Below, piece by piece: positions 13,573 to 23,513 of a stretch of DNA of 47,228 nt (the stretch's first letter is position 1; each line of letters opens with the position of its first letter). The notes under the pieces were generated by a model that saw only the letters and a list, made by a program, of their open reading frames with translations, made no database searches and was not told the origin of the DNA. Source of the stretch: a virus (lineage: Duplodnaviria; Heunggongvirae; Uroviricota; Caudoviricetes); the IMG/VR virus record IMGVR_UViG_647533161_000007, one strand, 5' to 3'. A program made the position numbers and the translations under genes.

Positions 13573-16500
13573 TACCGATATGCTCCACTTAACCGACCAC
13601 CATCACGGGCCTGCTGTTGCATAAAGTCCGCTGCCGCTTTTTTCCCGAGGTCATAAACCGCCTTCAGGGCAGCCGGACCTATCTGCCCGTTCGTGCCATC
13701 GTTATTGATCTCGATGTTGTACTGCGGGGAAAACATCGCCATACCTGAACCCCCAATATCCGCCACAACCCCCAGCTTACCGTCAGCACCACGACGCAAT
13801 GGCAGAATGGCTTCAGGTCCCGCTTCCCCCATCACACCCGCGCCTTTTGCAAAAGCAAAAAACGTCGGACGGTTAACCACCGTGCCACTGTAACGACTCA
13901 AATCAGCAGACTGATAAATCCCCCCATTGGCATTCAGGGAAAGGCTGCTGAGATCAAATCCCAGCACACTGCCAATCCCTTTTATCGATTTCATCATGGT
14001 TGCCTGCGCCAGGATTTTCGCCATATCTGACAGCACAGAAGAGGTGAAGGATTTGAAATTGAGTTTGCCGGTAGTGACAAAAGTTGCCAGGCCATTTCCC
14101 ATGTTGCTGAAGGCTGACGAGAACACCTGTTCTGCTGTTCCTGCCGTATTATCTGCATCCACGGTAAAATCCTGAAATGCACGCAGGACTCCGTTTTTCC
14201 AGTTACCCTGCACAACTTCAAGCTGTTGCCAGTAACGGCGATTCTCATTCAGTTGTCGGTTCAGGCTCTCCGTCAGCGCCTGCTCGGCCTTTCTGTAGTC
14301 ATCCGTGTTATATGTTCCTTTCTGCTCACTATCCCGCCTCAACTGCTCCAGCTGTTGCTGGTATTTCTGGCGAAGACTCAGTTGTACCTGATATCGCTGC
14401 CGCTGCTGATCACCCATACCCACCGTGGCGATATCCAGGTCATGTTGCTGACGCTGAGCGCGCTCTTCTTCAGCCAGTTGACTGGTCAGCTGAATTGTTT
14501 TTTTCTTCAGCTCGTTGAGTGCCGTCTGTTTCTGAAGCTCCTGCTGTTTTACATCCAGCAGCGTCAGTGCCTGAATCAGTTCATCTTTACGGGCCAGCAC
14601 ACTCTTTTCATCTGCCGTCAGTTTTTTCCCGTCCAGGTCGCTGATGCGCTGCTGCAGAGCCAGAAGCTGTTTATGCGCTTCTGTCATCCTTTCCGTGGCA
14701 ATGCCTGCTGACTGTCTGGCAGCAGCAATCTGTCCTTCCACCTGTGCCTGTTGCTGACTGTACTGCAGCAATAACCGGGTGGCCTCATCATTACGGGGTT
14801 CGCGTGTTTTTTTCTTACCGGATGCCAGGGCTTTCTCGTAACGTTCATTTTCACGTTGTATCGCTGCATCCCTGACAGCCTGATCGGCGTACTGCATGGA
14901 ATTAATACGCGCAATTTCACGCTGATGTCGTGCTGCTTCCGTTTCATTCATCCGGTTCAGTGCAGCATTTTCAGCATTACGTCGTTTCTGTTGCTCCTGA
15001 TAATTCCGCTCTGCCTGCTCTTTTGCATCCTGCAAATCCTTCTGGCGTTTTTTCTCCTGAAGATCGTTAAGACGCTGCTGATCGTATTCAACCTGAGAAG
15101 ATGATGCCGTCCAGGGGAGTCTTTTCGCCCGCGACACTTTCTCCTGTAAAGCGGCAATCTGTTCATCCAGCGAGTCTTCACGACCAATATTCATGGCCGC
15201 ATCCCAGAAACGACTCCACAAATCAGACAGATACTTCAGCGTACTGCCAAGCGCATTGAGGTTATTATCAATATCCGCAGTACGCCGACCGGTTTCCTCT
15301 GCCAGTGCAGACATGGCTATCCGTGCAGCATCACTGGACCGTCCCTGATCCCCAAGGACACGTATCTGCTCAAGCTGAGTGGCAGTAAGAAAATGCAGCT
15401 CATTGTCCAGAGCCTTCGCGGCATTTACAGGATCATCCTTCAGCCGCTTAAACTGATTTATGGTATCGCTGACCGACTGGCCAACCGATCGCTCCATCTG
15501 TGCGGCAGCTCTCGCCACCATACCGATATCGTTTCCACGAAATGCACCACTCCCCACCACCTGAGCCAGCGCACCGGCTGCAGCATGTTGCGTGATACCA
15601 TTCCCGGAAATAGCACGACTGAGCGTCCACAGCTGCCCGGCAGTGACTCCGGCATAATGCCCCGTCAGCGACAACTGGCGGTTAAATTCTTCCCCCTCCT
15701 TCTGACCGTCATACCAGGCTTTACCCAGACCATAGACGGACGCGGCAATACCGCCAATAACCCCGCCAAGCATCATGCCTTTCGGTGACATCAGAGTGTC
15801 TATCCATCCGGCACGGTTAGCCAGCGTTATCCCGGATCCCCTCAGCGCCCCTAAATTGCCGCGGGCCAGTTCACCTATCAGAACGCCAATCTCCTGGCGG
15901 GCCGCTGCACTTTTCAGACCCAGCGAATGCGTGGCTTTTCCTGCCTGCTCCATTTTGCGGATATACACTTCTGCAGCACTGCTTACCCCCAGCTGGGCAG
16001 CCTTAGCACGAAGCAACTCAGAAGAAGAAAGATTCTGGCGGGTTGCCTGCTCTTTAAGCTGACGGATAAACGCCACTTTCTGTCGGGTAGCCTCTTCCTC
16101 AGCCTGCGTAAGAACACGGGTTTTCGCCGTAACCTCAGAAATCAGCGCCAGATAATCCTGCTGACCAATCCCGCCACTGTTTCTGGCCTGTCGGATCTGC
16201 TGCTGAATACGCTGTAATTCCTGCAGCCCCGCACTGGCCTGTTTCACACTGTCAATCTGACGATAAAACGCGGCAGCCGCTTTATCCTGAGCCTCCGCCA
16301 GAGCCATGGCCTGCGCCTGTTCCTCGCGCATTTTCTGGCTCAGTGCCTCCATACGCTGGCGGGTTTGCTCCACCTCGCGGGCCATGCGTTCATGAGCCTG
16401 TGCGCTCTTCTCCACCGTCTGCGCATGGACGGATGCGGCTGTTGCAGCCGAAGAAGCCGCCTGCATTGTCTGCCGGGCGGCCTGAGTCTGACGCTCCATA

Positions 16501-16637
16501 AAACGCTGCATACGGGCAGAAGACCGTTCTGCATCGCTGGCTGCACCATTCAGAAGGTTTTTGATACGGGGAATTTCATTTTTAAACTCTGCCGCATCAA
16601 TCCCCAAATCAATGACCAGGTTGGCTATCTGGTCCAT
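13572..16637 (-). CDS. H: Tail tape measure protein H
   Basis: ~1021-aa coiled-coil-rich ORF, C-terminus NNDGTNGQIGPAALKAVYD resembles lambda gpH; ATG at 16635-16637 preceded by GGAGGTG. Confidence 0.85.
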   Translation of the reverse strand: MDQIANLVIDLGIDAAEFKNEIPRIKNLLNGAASDAERSSARMQRFMERQTQAARQTMQAASSAATAASVHAQTVEKSAQAHERMAREVEQTRQRMEALSQKMREEQAQAMALAEAQDKAAAAFYRQIDSVKQASAGLQELQRIQQQIRQARNSGGIGQQDYLALISEVTAKTRVLTQAEEEATRQKVAFIRQLKEQATRQNLSSSELLRAKAAQLGVSSAAEVYIRKMEQAGKATHSLGLKSAAARQEIGVLIGELARGNLGALRGSGITLANRAGWIDTLMSPKGMMLGGVIGGIAASVYGLGKAWYDGQKEGEEFNRQLSLTGHYAGVTAGQLWTLSRAISGNGITQHAAAGALAQVVGSGAFRGNDIGMVARAAAQMERSVGQSVSDTINQFKRLKDDPVNAAKALDNELHFLTATQLEQIRVLGDQGRSSDAARIAMSALAEETGRRTADIDNNLNALGSTLKYLSDLWSRFWDAAMNIGREDSLDEQIAALQEKVSRAKRLPWTASSSQVEYDQQRLNDLQEKKRQKDLQDAKEQAERNYQEQQKRRNAENAALNRMNETEAARHQREIARINSMQYADQAVRDAAIQRENERYEKALASGKKKTREPRNDEATRLLLQYSQQQAQVEGQIAAARQSAGIATERMTEAHKQLLALQQRISDLDGKKLTADEKSVLARKDELIQALTLLDVKQQELQKQTALNELKKKTIQLTSQLAEEERAQRQQHDLDIATVGMGDQQRQRYQVQLSLRQKYQQQLEQLRRDSEQKGTYNTDDYRKAEQALTESLNRQLNENRRYWQQLEVVQGNWKNGVLRAFQDFTVDADNTAGTAEQVFSSAFSNMGNGLATFVTTGKLNFKSFTSSVLSDMAKILAQATMMKSIKGIGSVLGFDLSSLSLNANGGIYQSADLSRYSGTVVNRPTFFAFAKGAGVMGEAGPEAILPLRRGADGKLGVVADIGGSGMAMFSPQYNIEINNDGTNGQIGPAALKAVYDLGKKAAADFMQQQARDGGRLSGAYR

Positions 16638-16971
16638 AACGCACACCTCCGGAAATACCTTCCCCAAGATGCATCAGTTCTTCGTCCGTTCGCTCCGGTA
16701 TCCCGTTCTCTTCCGGTAAAAGGCTGAAATCAGCCACCGCAGCATCACTGCTACCGGACACCATTCTCACGATCAATGCCTTCAGCGAGGCAAACTGCGC
16801 ATCCATCCACACATCACTGAAGCTCTGCATCCGGAAATAATCGCCCCACTCACCAAGCTCAGTGGCCGACATTTCCGACAGCATCCGCCGCCAGTCTGCC
16901 CGCCGGAACTCCCGGGCAAGCCGCATGACAAACTGCATTTCCCGCGTCAGGACTTTTCCGGCGTCAGCACC
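16609..16971 (-). CDS. T: T segment: -1 frame C-terminal extension of tail assembly chaperone G (GT fusion)
   Basis: Frame open from 16971 to stop at 16609, overlapping the 3' end of G in the -1 frame; candidate slippery heptamer GGAAAAG at 16953-16959. Confidence 0.7.
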   Translation of the reverse strand, partial: GADAGKVLTREMQFVMRLAREFRRADWRRMLSEMSATELGEWGDYFRMQSFSDVWMDAQFASLKALIVRMVSGSSDAAVADFSLLPEENGIPERTDEELMHLGEGISGGVRYGPDSQPGH

Positions 16972-17336
16972 TCATGCTCCAAATCCCCGGCATTCTCAAT
17001 GACTCCCATACCGCTCAGCGACAGAACCATCTCCGCCCCCGCTCCCAGGGCATCATACGACCATGTTGTAATAACGGATGCGCAAAGCGTCTCAACATCC
17101 TGAGACTGTTCCGCATTCCACAGTGAGCGGGAAACCAGCCAGGCATTGATATCCATCCCCATCCGCAGAAAAGCAATCTGTCGTTCAGCCTCCGGCAGTT
17201 CTCCCTCTTCGGCATCAAACTTTGCCGTTCGCTGCTGAACAAACGCCAGATATTCAATTCTCTGCAGCCCGGACAGCTCACTGAGCACCACGGACTGCTT
17301 TTCATAATTAAACGTGCCCTGTTTCAGAAACATCAT
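16947..17336 (-). CDS. G: Tail assembly chaperone G
   Basis: Resembles lambda gpG (MFLKQGTFNYE...); ATG at 17334-17336 preceded by AGGTGGAG; track start 17375 is TTG and would include the V terminator. Confidence 0.8.
   Translation of the reverse strand: MMFLKQGTFNYEKQSVVLSELSGLQRIEYLAFVQQRTAKFDAEEGELPEAERQIAFLRMGMDINAWLVSRSLWNAEQSQDVETLCASVITTWSYDALGAGAEMVLSLSGMGVIENAGDLEHEVLTPEKS
16953..16959 (-). other. Putative -1 programmed ribosomal frameshift slippery site (GGAAAAG)
   Basis: Heptamer G-GAA-AAG in the G frame, 2 codons before the G stop; -1 shift enters the T frame (GGA-AAA). Lambda uses G-GGA-AAG at the equivalent point. Confidence 0.5.
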
Positions 17337-17349
17337 GTTCTCCACCTGC

Positions 17350-17373
17350 AAAAAAGCCCCGGATAACCGGGGC
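17350..17373 (-). terminator. Intrinsic terminator/attenuator between V and G
   Basis: 7-bp stem gccccgg/ccggggc (17356-17362, 17367-17373), loop ataa, U6 on minus strand. Confidence 0.5.
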
Positions 17374-17393
17374 AAATGATGAGTATCGTCCTG

Positions 17394-18137
17394 TTAACCT
17401 GCGGCGCTGACAGCCACCGCAGCCACTGCCACAAAATCGCCGTCAGAAGTCATGCCCACAATGCTGACACTGCCCTGCTTCACGCCTTTCACCGTGGCCA
17501 CAAGCCCGTTCAGGGTCACCGTGGCAGTCTGTGGATCTGTCGAATGCACACTGATCGCTTTGTCACTGGCTCCGTCAGGTTTTACTGTAAAGGTCAGCGT
17601 GGTGGTTGCTCCCACTTTTACACTGGCAGATGCCGGTGCCACCGTCAGCCCGGTAACGCTCACTGTTTCAGTGCCTTCCTCTGCCAGATACGGACGCCCC
17701 ACACCGCTGATTTTCACTGTGCGGGTCATCACGTCTTTTGAGGCAATGGTTTTACCCAGTGAGCTCAGCCAGCCACGGAAAACATCAACAGTGCCGTTGG
17801 GATATTTGATACGAAACGCGCAGACTTCACCGGAGTCGAACAACTGAACCAGTTTTTTCTGCCCGCTGTCACCCGGACGCCAGGCCAGCGTCGCCGAAGT
17901 ATCACCGACGGATTTCTGCCCCTGGGTTGTCGTTTTCCAGTCTGCATCTTCATCATCGAGATAAGTGTCATCTTCTGCATCAGCGGTCATTTCGCCAGGT
18001 TGCAGATCCTTCACCATCGCAAGACGCAGCCAGTCAGTGTCCGATAAAGGGTTCGCAAACGCATCGCCCTTGCCGGTGTACATCCAGAACGTCGTTCCCG
18101 CACCTTTCGTTTTTGCCAGTGGATTTGGTGTGGTCAT
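17394..18137 (-). CDS. V: Major tail protein V with C-terminal Ig-like domain
   Basis: Resembles lambda gpV; ATG at 18135-18137 preceded by AGGAGGTG. Confidence 0.85.
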   Translation of the reverse strand: MTTPNPLAKTKGAGTTFWMYTGKGDAFANPLSDTDWLRLAMVKDLQPGEMTADAEDDTYLDDEDADWKTTTQGQKSVGDTSATLAWRPGDSGQKKLVQLFDSGEVCAFRIKYPNGTVDVFRGWLSSLGKTIASKDVMTRTVKISGVGRPYLAEEGTETVSVTGLTVAPASASVKVGATTTLTFTVKPDGASDKAISVHSTDPQTATVTLNGLVATVKGVKQGSVSIVGMTSDGDFVAVAAVAVSAAG

Positions 18138-18148
18138 TGCCACCTCCT

Positions 18149-18550
18149 TTAATTCGTGTACGTGATCTGGTACGTGATTTCCGCCATCGCCCAGGTGGCC
18201 ATCTCATTATCACGTTGATAGTTAAAACCGAGAGGGATCAGGGTGTCGATGAGTCCGGAAAGTGCCGGTATATCATTCAGGGCCGGGAAAATGGTGCTCT
18301 CCATCCACATATCCAGCTCTGAATCCGGTGCCTGTGCCCGGATGAAGACAGCAATATGCAGAACAGCCTGCCAGTCATCTTCATCCGTCATTTTTCCGGT
18401 GTACTGAGCATCACTCAGCCACACCGCCACGGCAGGCAGTTCCTGCGCATCAATAAATGCCGGAAGCCCGTCAAAAAACGTGGCGCTGTCTCCACACTGT
18501 TCCCGAAGGCGTGCCAGTACGGCCTGGCGGATTTGTGTATGTCGGTTCAT
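18149..18550 (-). CDS. U: Tail terminator protein U
   Basis: Resembles lambda gpU; ATGA overlap with Z stop at 18547-18550. Confidence 0.8.
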   Translation of the reverse strand: MNRHTQIRQAVLARLREQCGDSATFFDGLPAFIDAQELPAVAVWLSDAQYTGKMTDEDDWQAVLHIAVFIRAQAPDSELDMWMESTIFPALNDIPALSGLIDTLIPLGFNYQRDNEMATWAMAEITYQITYTN

Positions 18551-19125
18551 CGGGTCAGCCATAACCTCAGTTGTTGTTTCAGTGCATACCCCAGCTGTTT
18601 CGGCATTTCCGCAGCAATAATGCGGTCGCGGGCATCTTCAAATGCCTGTGTCAGCGGTCCGGACAGCGGGACTTTCACCACATCAATGGGGTAACGATTT
18701 TTGCCATCAATACGCCGCATCACATGCCAGCGACCATTCGCCAGTTGCTGAATAAACGCATCCCGGAAAAGATATTTACCCACCTTCAGCACACTGCCAC
18801 GGTACTGCAGTTTTCCACCACGCCGGGCCAGTCTGACCCGGGCTGTCCCCAGCTTAATAGCGGGCAGATTGCCCCGGTTAACGCGGATCCTGGCCGTCAT
18901 TTTTCCTGACGGACTGGCTTTAAACACCCGGACACGCTGACGTACCAGTTTCAGGGGGATCCCTTTCACCTGGTTATCTCCCGCAACGGTATTCCCGGCA
19001 ACCTGCCGGGTGGCGACCGAGACCGCTTTCTGTGCCACACGGTTTATCGCCCATGCGCTGGCCTGTGGCACCATACGGGTATCAAGGCTGTTCAGATTAC
19101 GGATGGCATTCTCAAGCCCCTTCAT
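18547..19125 (-). CDS. Z: Tail completion protein Z
   Basis: 192-aa ORF resembling lambda gpZ; lambda-like position. Confidence 0.8.
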   Translation of the reverse strand: MKGLENAIRNLNSLDTRMVPQASAWAINRVAQKAVSVATRQVAGNTVAGDNQVKGIPLKLVRQRVRVFKASPSGKMTARIRVNRGNLPAIKLGTARVRLARRGGKLQYRGSVLKVGKYLFRDAFIQQLANGRWHVMRRIDGKNRYPIDVVKVPLSGPLTQAFEDARDRIIAAEMPKQLGYALKQQLRLWLTR

Positions 19126-19136
19126 CCCACACCTCT

Positions 19137-19412
19137 TTACTCAATAAAGATCATTGGCTTACCGTTAAAACGTTCATGCCGTGTGACCGTCCATTGTTGT
19201 CCGTCATAAACAACGCGATCCCCGCGCCGTGGGCGGTATCCCGAAGAAAACACCACCAGAGAGACCGCAGGTCCGGACAGAGCATTCAGCTCTGCCAGTG
19301 TTTCTCCCGGGATCACAGTCATATCGACATCATTAATCGAGGCTGTCTTTCCCATCTTTCTGACCGTGATAGCATCCATACGCGCTGCCAGCCGGGAAAA
19401 GGGATCAGACAT
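19137..19412 (-). CDS. Head-tail joining protein (FII position)
   Basis: 91-aa ORF between head and tail modules; assignment by position and size only. Confidence 0.5.
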   Translation of the reverse strand: MSDPFSRLAARMDAITVRKMGKTASINDVDMTVIPGETLAELNALSGPAVSLVVFSSGYRPRRGDRVVYDGQQWTVTRHERFNGKPMIFIE

Positions 19413-19728
19413 TGAGTTTTACCGGCACTTCTTCTGCACTGGTTCCGGCATCTGCCCAGACAACCCCGACCAGCGGATCAGAGCCGCTGTTAGTCAGCTG
19501 AACTTTTCCGGACTTCAGATAAACCTTCTTACCCGTTTTCATGTCATCCGTTTTCAGCTTAGGCAGCATAAACACACCTTCGGTCATGCCGTCGCCTGTT
19601 TCACCCTGTGGAATATCGGTCAGCGCCACCGCAAAAACATCGCCCACCTGCACCAGATCTCCGCTGCTGATGGCTGCACTGGCAACAATCGCCACCGTTT
19701 TTCCTTCTTCTACAAAATTCTTTGCCAT
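19405..19728 (-). CDS. Conserved small phage head-associated protein (DUF2190-like, possible decoration protein)
   Basis: 107 aa from ATG 19726-19728 with GGAG SD; directly downstream of the capsid gene; family name from memory. Confidence 0.45.
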   Translation of the reverse strand: MAKNFVEEGKTVAIVASAAISSGDLVQVGDVFAVALTDIPQGETGDGMTEGVFMLPKLKTDDMKTGKKVYLKSGKVQLTNSGSDPLVGVVWADAGTSAEEVPVKLNV

Positions 19729-19814
19729 AACTGTCTCCGCACAGCCCCGTTCAGGGGCTGATTTCAGGTACAAAAAAAGCCCTTACGGGCCATCAGAGTT
19801 GTTGTCTGCGACGT

Positions 19815-21773
19815 TTACGCCGTACATTTCACCAGACCGCGGTGATCAACTGGCGCGACACCGGCGTCAATACGCACTTTCGTTGTCACGCCATCCACAC
19901 TGAAGCCCTCCATCTGATCAATATATGGCGTATCCACACCGTTGAGATAAGCCACTTCAATCGTATCGGAGCCTTTTGACGCAGCCAGGTAGAAGGTGGT
20001 CTGGCTGTTATCATCAAGACGAGGCTCTGCAATAACGGTCGCAAAATCTTTCACCGGGTTAATAATACCGGCGTTAATGTCAGCCCCCTTGACACTTGAG
20101 GAGCGAATGACCTGGTTAGCAACAGACTCCATCGCCGTCGGTACCAGTACGAACGCAGGACGAATATTCAGATGACGCTCCCCCTCTTTCTGAACGCGCA
20201 TCAACTGGCGGGCTTTATCCAGCGATGCCACGTCCATTGCAGCGCTCTCCAGTACGTTTGCATGTTTCGCTTTATCGAACAGACTTACATTATCTGTGGA
20301 GATTTTCGGGTTAGACGTCAGAATGGCATAAACCAGATCGGCAATAGTGGATTTCGCCGCACGGCCCAGTTTCATCGGGACATCGGTCAGCATATTCAGA
20401 TCATCATTGATAATGGCCTGACGGGTGATACTGAACAGCTCGCCATAGGTCGCCAGTGCAATAGTGGCCTGTTTATCTCCGGTGGTGACGTATTTATATT
20501 CCGCCCCTTCACGCACCTGACGTAGAGCACTGAAGCCCCCCATACCCACACGATGGGCAATTTTAAAATCAGACAACTGACCTTTCCGCGTCCACTGTTC
20601 ATAGGTTTCAGGGGCATCTTCCCAGCCCTGCAGAATGGCTTTGTTCGCAACATCCAGCAGAATATTACCGAAGTCAGACGTACTGTGTGTGAACGCCGCA
20701 CCGACCATCTGCATCGGGTTATAACCGGAAACCCCAATACCCCGTTCAGTTAGTGACATACGGGCATATTCACGCAGGGTCATCCCGTTGTAGACATTAT
20801 CACGTTCGGTTTTTTCAAATCCGGCACGCGCCATCAGCGCCTGGCGAATCCCGTCCCCCACAAAATTACCGTTACCGGCATAAATATGAGCCGGGGTATT
20901 TTTATTGGATGGCGTGGACTCGCGCCCCATCTCGTTCAACAGCTTTTCACGGGCCTGCTCCAGCGAACATTCAGGATCGGCAAGACACTGGGCCTGCAGC
21001 GTCTGATAACGCCCGCCAAACATGGCAAACAGATCATTAATACCGTTTACACGCGCTTTTTGCTCTGCCAGTACCTGCGCACGGATACTGTTTTCATCCA
21101 CCACGGGTGCTGCTGCCTGCACTGGCGTCCGGGAGGCTGCAGGTTCATCATCCTGTACGCGTGGAGCACTGTTGCGTGGCGGAGTAATCATGTTTCGAAT
21201 GGATTCCGGCATCTTTTTAAATTCCTCTGTACGTTTTGACTGAATACATGCCATTGCCTTAACGGCTGGTGTCACCTGATCAGCAAATCCCTGTGCCAGA
21301 CATTCGGCACCGGACATCCAGGTCTCATCCGCCAGCATGGCAGCAATTTCATCGGTGGTTTTCCCGGTTTTCTGTGCATAAGCGGGTAACAGAACCGCCT
21401 CAACTTTATCGAGCAGGTCGGCATAGGTGCGCATGTCCTCCGCATCACCGCCCGTAAAGCCAAATGGTTTATGAATCATCATGAAGGAGTTTTCCGGCAT
21501 AATGACCGGGTTTCCCACCATCGCAATGACCGACGCCATTGACGCCGCCACACCGTCGACATAAACGGTAATGGACGCACCATGTGTTTTCAGTGCATTA
21601 AAAATGGCGATGCCTTCAAAGACATCGCCACCCGGTGAATTAATATGGAGATTAATGTGGGTGATATCGCCCAGTGCATTCAGATCACTGATAAACTGCT
21701 TCGCTGTAACACCCCAGAAACCAATCTCGTCATAAATATAAATATCCGCGTCACTCTGGTGACCTGCCTGCAT
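19815..21773 (-). CDS. Prohead protease (ClpP/S14-like) fused to major capsid protein
   Basis: N-terminal protease-like region (HINSPGGDVFEG...) and long C-terminal capsid-like region in one ORF; start ATG at 21771-21773 just after the portal stop (track ORF extends upstream into portal). Confidence 0.8.
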   Translation of the reverse strand: MQAGHQSDADIYIYDEIGFWGVTAKQFISDLNALGDITHINLHINSPGGDVFEGIAIFNALKTHGASITVYVDGVAASMASVIAMVGNPVIMPENSFMMIHKPFGFTGGDAEDMRTYADLLDKVEAVLLPAYAQKTGKTTDEIAAMLADETWMSGAECLAQGFADQVTPAVKAMACIQSKRTEEFKKMPESIRNMITPPRNSAPRVQDDEPAASRTPVQAAAPVVDENSIRAQVLAEQKARVNGINDLFAMFGGRYQTLQAQCLADPECSLEQAREKLLNEMGRESTPSNKNTPAHIYAGNGNFVGDGIRQALMARAGFEKTERDNVYNGMTLREYARMSLTERGIGVSGYNPMQMVGAAFTHSTSDFGNILLDVANKAILQGWEDAPETYEQWTRKGQLSDFKIAHRVGMGGFSALRQVREGAEYKYVTTGDKQATIALATYGELFSITRQAIINDDLNMLTDVPMKLGRAAKSTIADLVYAILTSNPKISTDNVSLFDKAKHANVLESAAMDVASLDKARQLMRVQKEGERHLNIRPAFVLVPTAMESVANQVIRSSSVKGADINAGIINPVKDFATVIAEPRLDDNSQTTFYLAASKGSDTIEVAYLNGVDTPYIDQMEGFSVDGVTTKVRIDAGVAPVDHRGLVKCTA

Positions 21774-21786
21774 CCTGAACCAGGAA

Positions 21787-23295
21787 TTATTCTTCGGACT
21801 GGTCGTCGGTGTGCTGCGGCTCCTGTCGTTTCGTTGCGGCACTGCTGCCTCCTTTATCACTGGCCGGATCGGTATCAAATACCAGATCCAGCTTGCGGTT
21901 TTCATCAATTTCGGCCTTGCGCCGACGTTTGACATCATCCGGATTACGACCACCTGCACGTACCCAGTCTGATTCTGTCGCCGCTCCACCACGAATCTGA
22001 ATTTTCCAGGCCTCAGCCTCCTTAACAGGGTCAATCCACGGCATCACCGGTCCGGAATACACCGCGGTATACAGTGAAGAACGATCAAGATCGCGGGGTA
22101 GCCTGATAACACCGGATGCCACAGCCTGTTTCAGCCAGGCACGATACATCGGGCGGGTGACGGCACCAATAAACCAGTCCTGCAGGATCAGGTAGCCATC
22201 AGTGGATTCAACCAGCTCCTGACGCTGGGCGCTGTAAGTGCCGTTATAGTTGCGTGCCGTACTGGAAAAACTCAGACGACTGCCCGCCGCCACGGCACGC
22301 AACTGACCATTACGAAAAGTTTCAAGGTTAGGATTGGGACGATCCGACTTCACCATTCCGATTTCTTCGCCGGGTTTCAGATCGTCGTAAATAATGCCTG
22401 GCTGAATGGTAAGCTCGCGTTCATTCTCCTTGCTGCCATTACCATCCGGTTCATAGCTCTGCCCGTCGCCTTTCCGGATGTACATCCCCAGAGCAGCGGC
22501 GATCCTTGCTGCAGTCAGCTCAGAATCTTCATACTCTTTCAGGGCACTGAGGCGGATCAGCACACCGGACAACAAAGACGTCCCGCGCATCTGGTGCAGA
22601 CGGCGAACAAATTTAAGATGCAGCATTCGCTCTGCATCCACTTCTTTGGTTTCCATCTGCCGCCCGGATACGGGACGGCTTTTATACACCAGATATTTTT
22701 CGGGACGCCCCCAGTCATCAACAAACACGCCCTGATTCAGCCTGTTGCTCTCATCACTGGTCATGGGAATAAAGTCCGGCTCGAGCGCCTCCAGCCAGAA
22801 ATGAACACCGGCAGAAGGCGTCAGGCTGTTTATGCGCCCGGAAACCATCTGGGCAAACACCTCACCATCGCGCAGCCAGGTACGCAGCATCAGACGTTCC
22901 AGCATCGGACGGGTAAACTGCCCGGTGACTTCCGGACTGACAGACCATTCACTCCATCGGGTGCGTATCTCCGCTGCCAGATCACGGGCAATGGCCCCAT
23001 TGCGTAATACCGGATGTGGCTCGACAATAATCCCGTTTTTCCCCACCACCCGTTCTTCCAGCTTGTCAAATACACCAATAACCAGATCGTGGTTGTTATC
23101 AAGGTAACGGGCCTGCTCACGTAACGACACGGCCCCGTACTGGCTTAACTGGTCGGCAGTTCGGTTTTCCCGCCGGGCTTTGTGTGTCCGTGTCGTTTTT
23201 ACGGCCTCATAAGCCTGGATCACCGCACGGGAACGCAGCCTTGCCGCTTTCCATCCTGGTGAAAAAACGCCAATCACATCATCAAGAATTGCCAT
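21787..23295 (-). CDS. Portal protein (lambda-family portal)
   Basis: ~502-aa ORF between terminase/gpW and capsid; ATGA overlap with gpW stop at 23293-23297. Confidence 0.8.
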   Translation of the reverse strand: MAILDDVIGVFSPGWKAARLRSRAVIQAYEAVKTTRTHKARRENRTADQLSQYGAVSLREQARYLDNNHDLVIGVFDKLEERVVGKNGIIVEPHPVLRNGAIARDLAAEIRTRWSEWSVSPEVTGQFTRPMLERLMLRTWLRDGEVFAQMVSGRINSLTPSAGVHFWLEALEPDFIPMTSDESNRLNQGVFVDDWGRPEKYLVYKSRPVSGRQMETKEVDAERMLHLKFVRRLHQMRGTSLLSGVLIRLSALKEYEDSELTAARIAAALGMYIRKGDGQSYEPDGNGSKENERELTIQPGIIYDDLKPGEEIGMVKSDRPNPNLETFRNGQLRAVAAGSRLSFSSTARNYNGTYSAQRQELVESTDGYLILQDWFIGAVTRPMYRAWLKQAVASGVIRLPRDLDRSSLYTAVYSGPVMPWIDPVKEAEAWKIQIRGGAATESDWVRAGGRNPDDVKRRRKAEIDENRKLDLVFDTDPASDKGGSSAATKRQEPQHTDDQSEE

Positions 23296-23513
23296 CAGAA
23301 CCTCGCCAGCCGGTACCCGGGATGCCCCCGTCGTCGTGTAATCAGAGCCGCAAGGCGGCGCTCCCACTCCTGCCGTCCCTGCCGGATCTCAGATAAGTTT
23401 TCCATGGTCATCTGCTGACCATTAAAGGTGACGGATTTTCCGTCCAGCACCGCCATTTCAGCTTCCGTATAACGCTGAATCATGGCTTCGATATCATTCT
23501 GGTTCATAACCAT
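23295..23513 (-). CDS. W: Head-tail joining protein gpW-like
   Basis: 72-aa ORF with C-terminal RRRGHPGYRL resembling the lambda gpW C-terminus; lies between terminase A and portal. Confidence 0.6.
   Translation of the reverse strand: MVMNQNDIEAMIQRYTEAEMAVLDGKSVTFNGQQMTMENLSEIRQGRQEWERRLAALITRRRGHPGYRLARF

Noticed and set aside
13693-16727. Multiple 60-160-aa ORFs on the plus strand within the tape measure gene
   Set aside because: Antisense to a long, well-supported coding region; typical spurious ORFs in GC-rich coiled-coil coding sequence.
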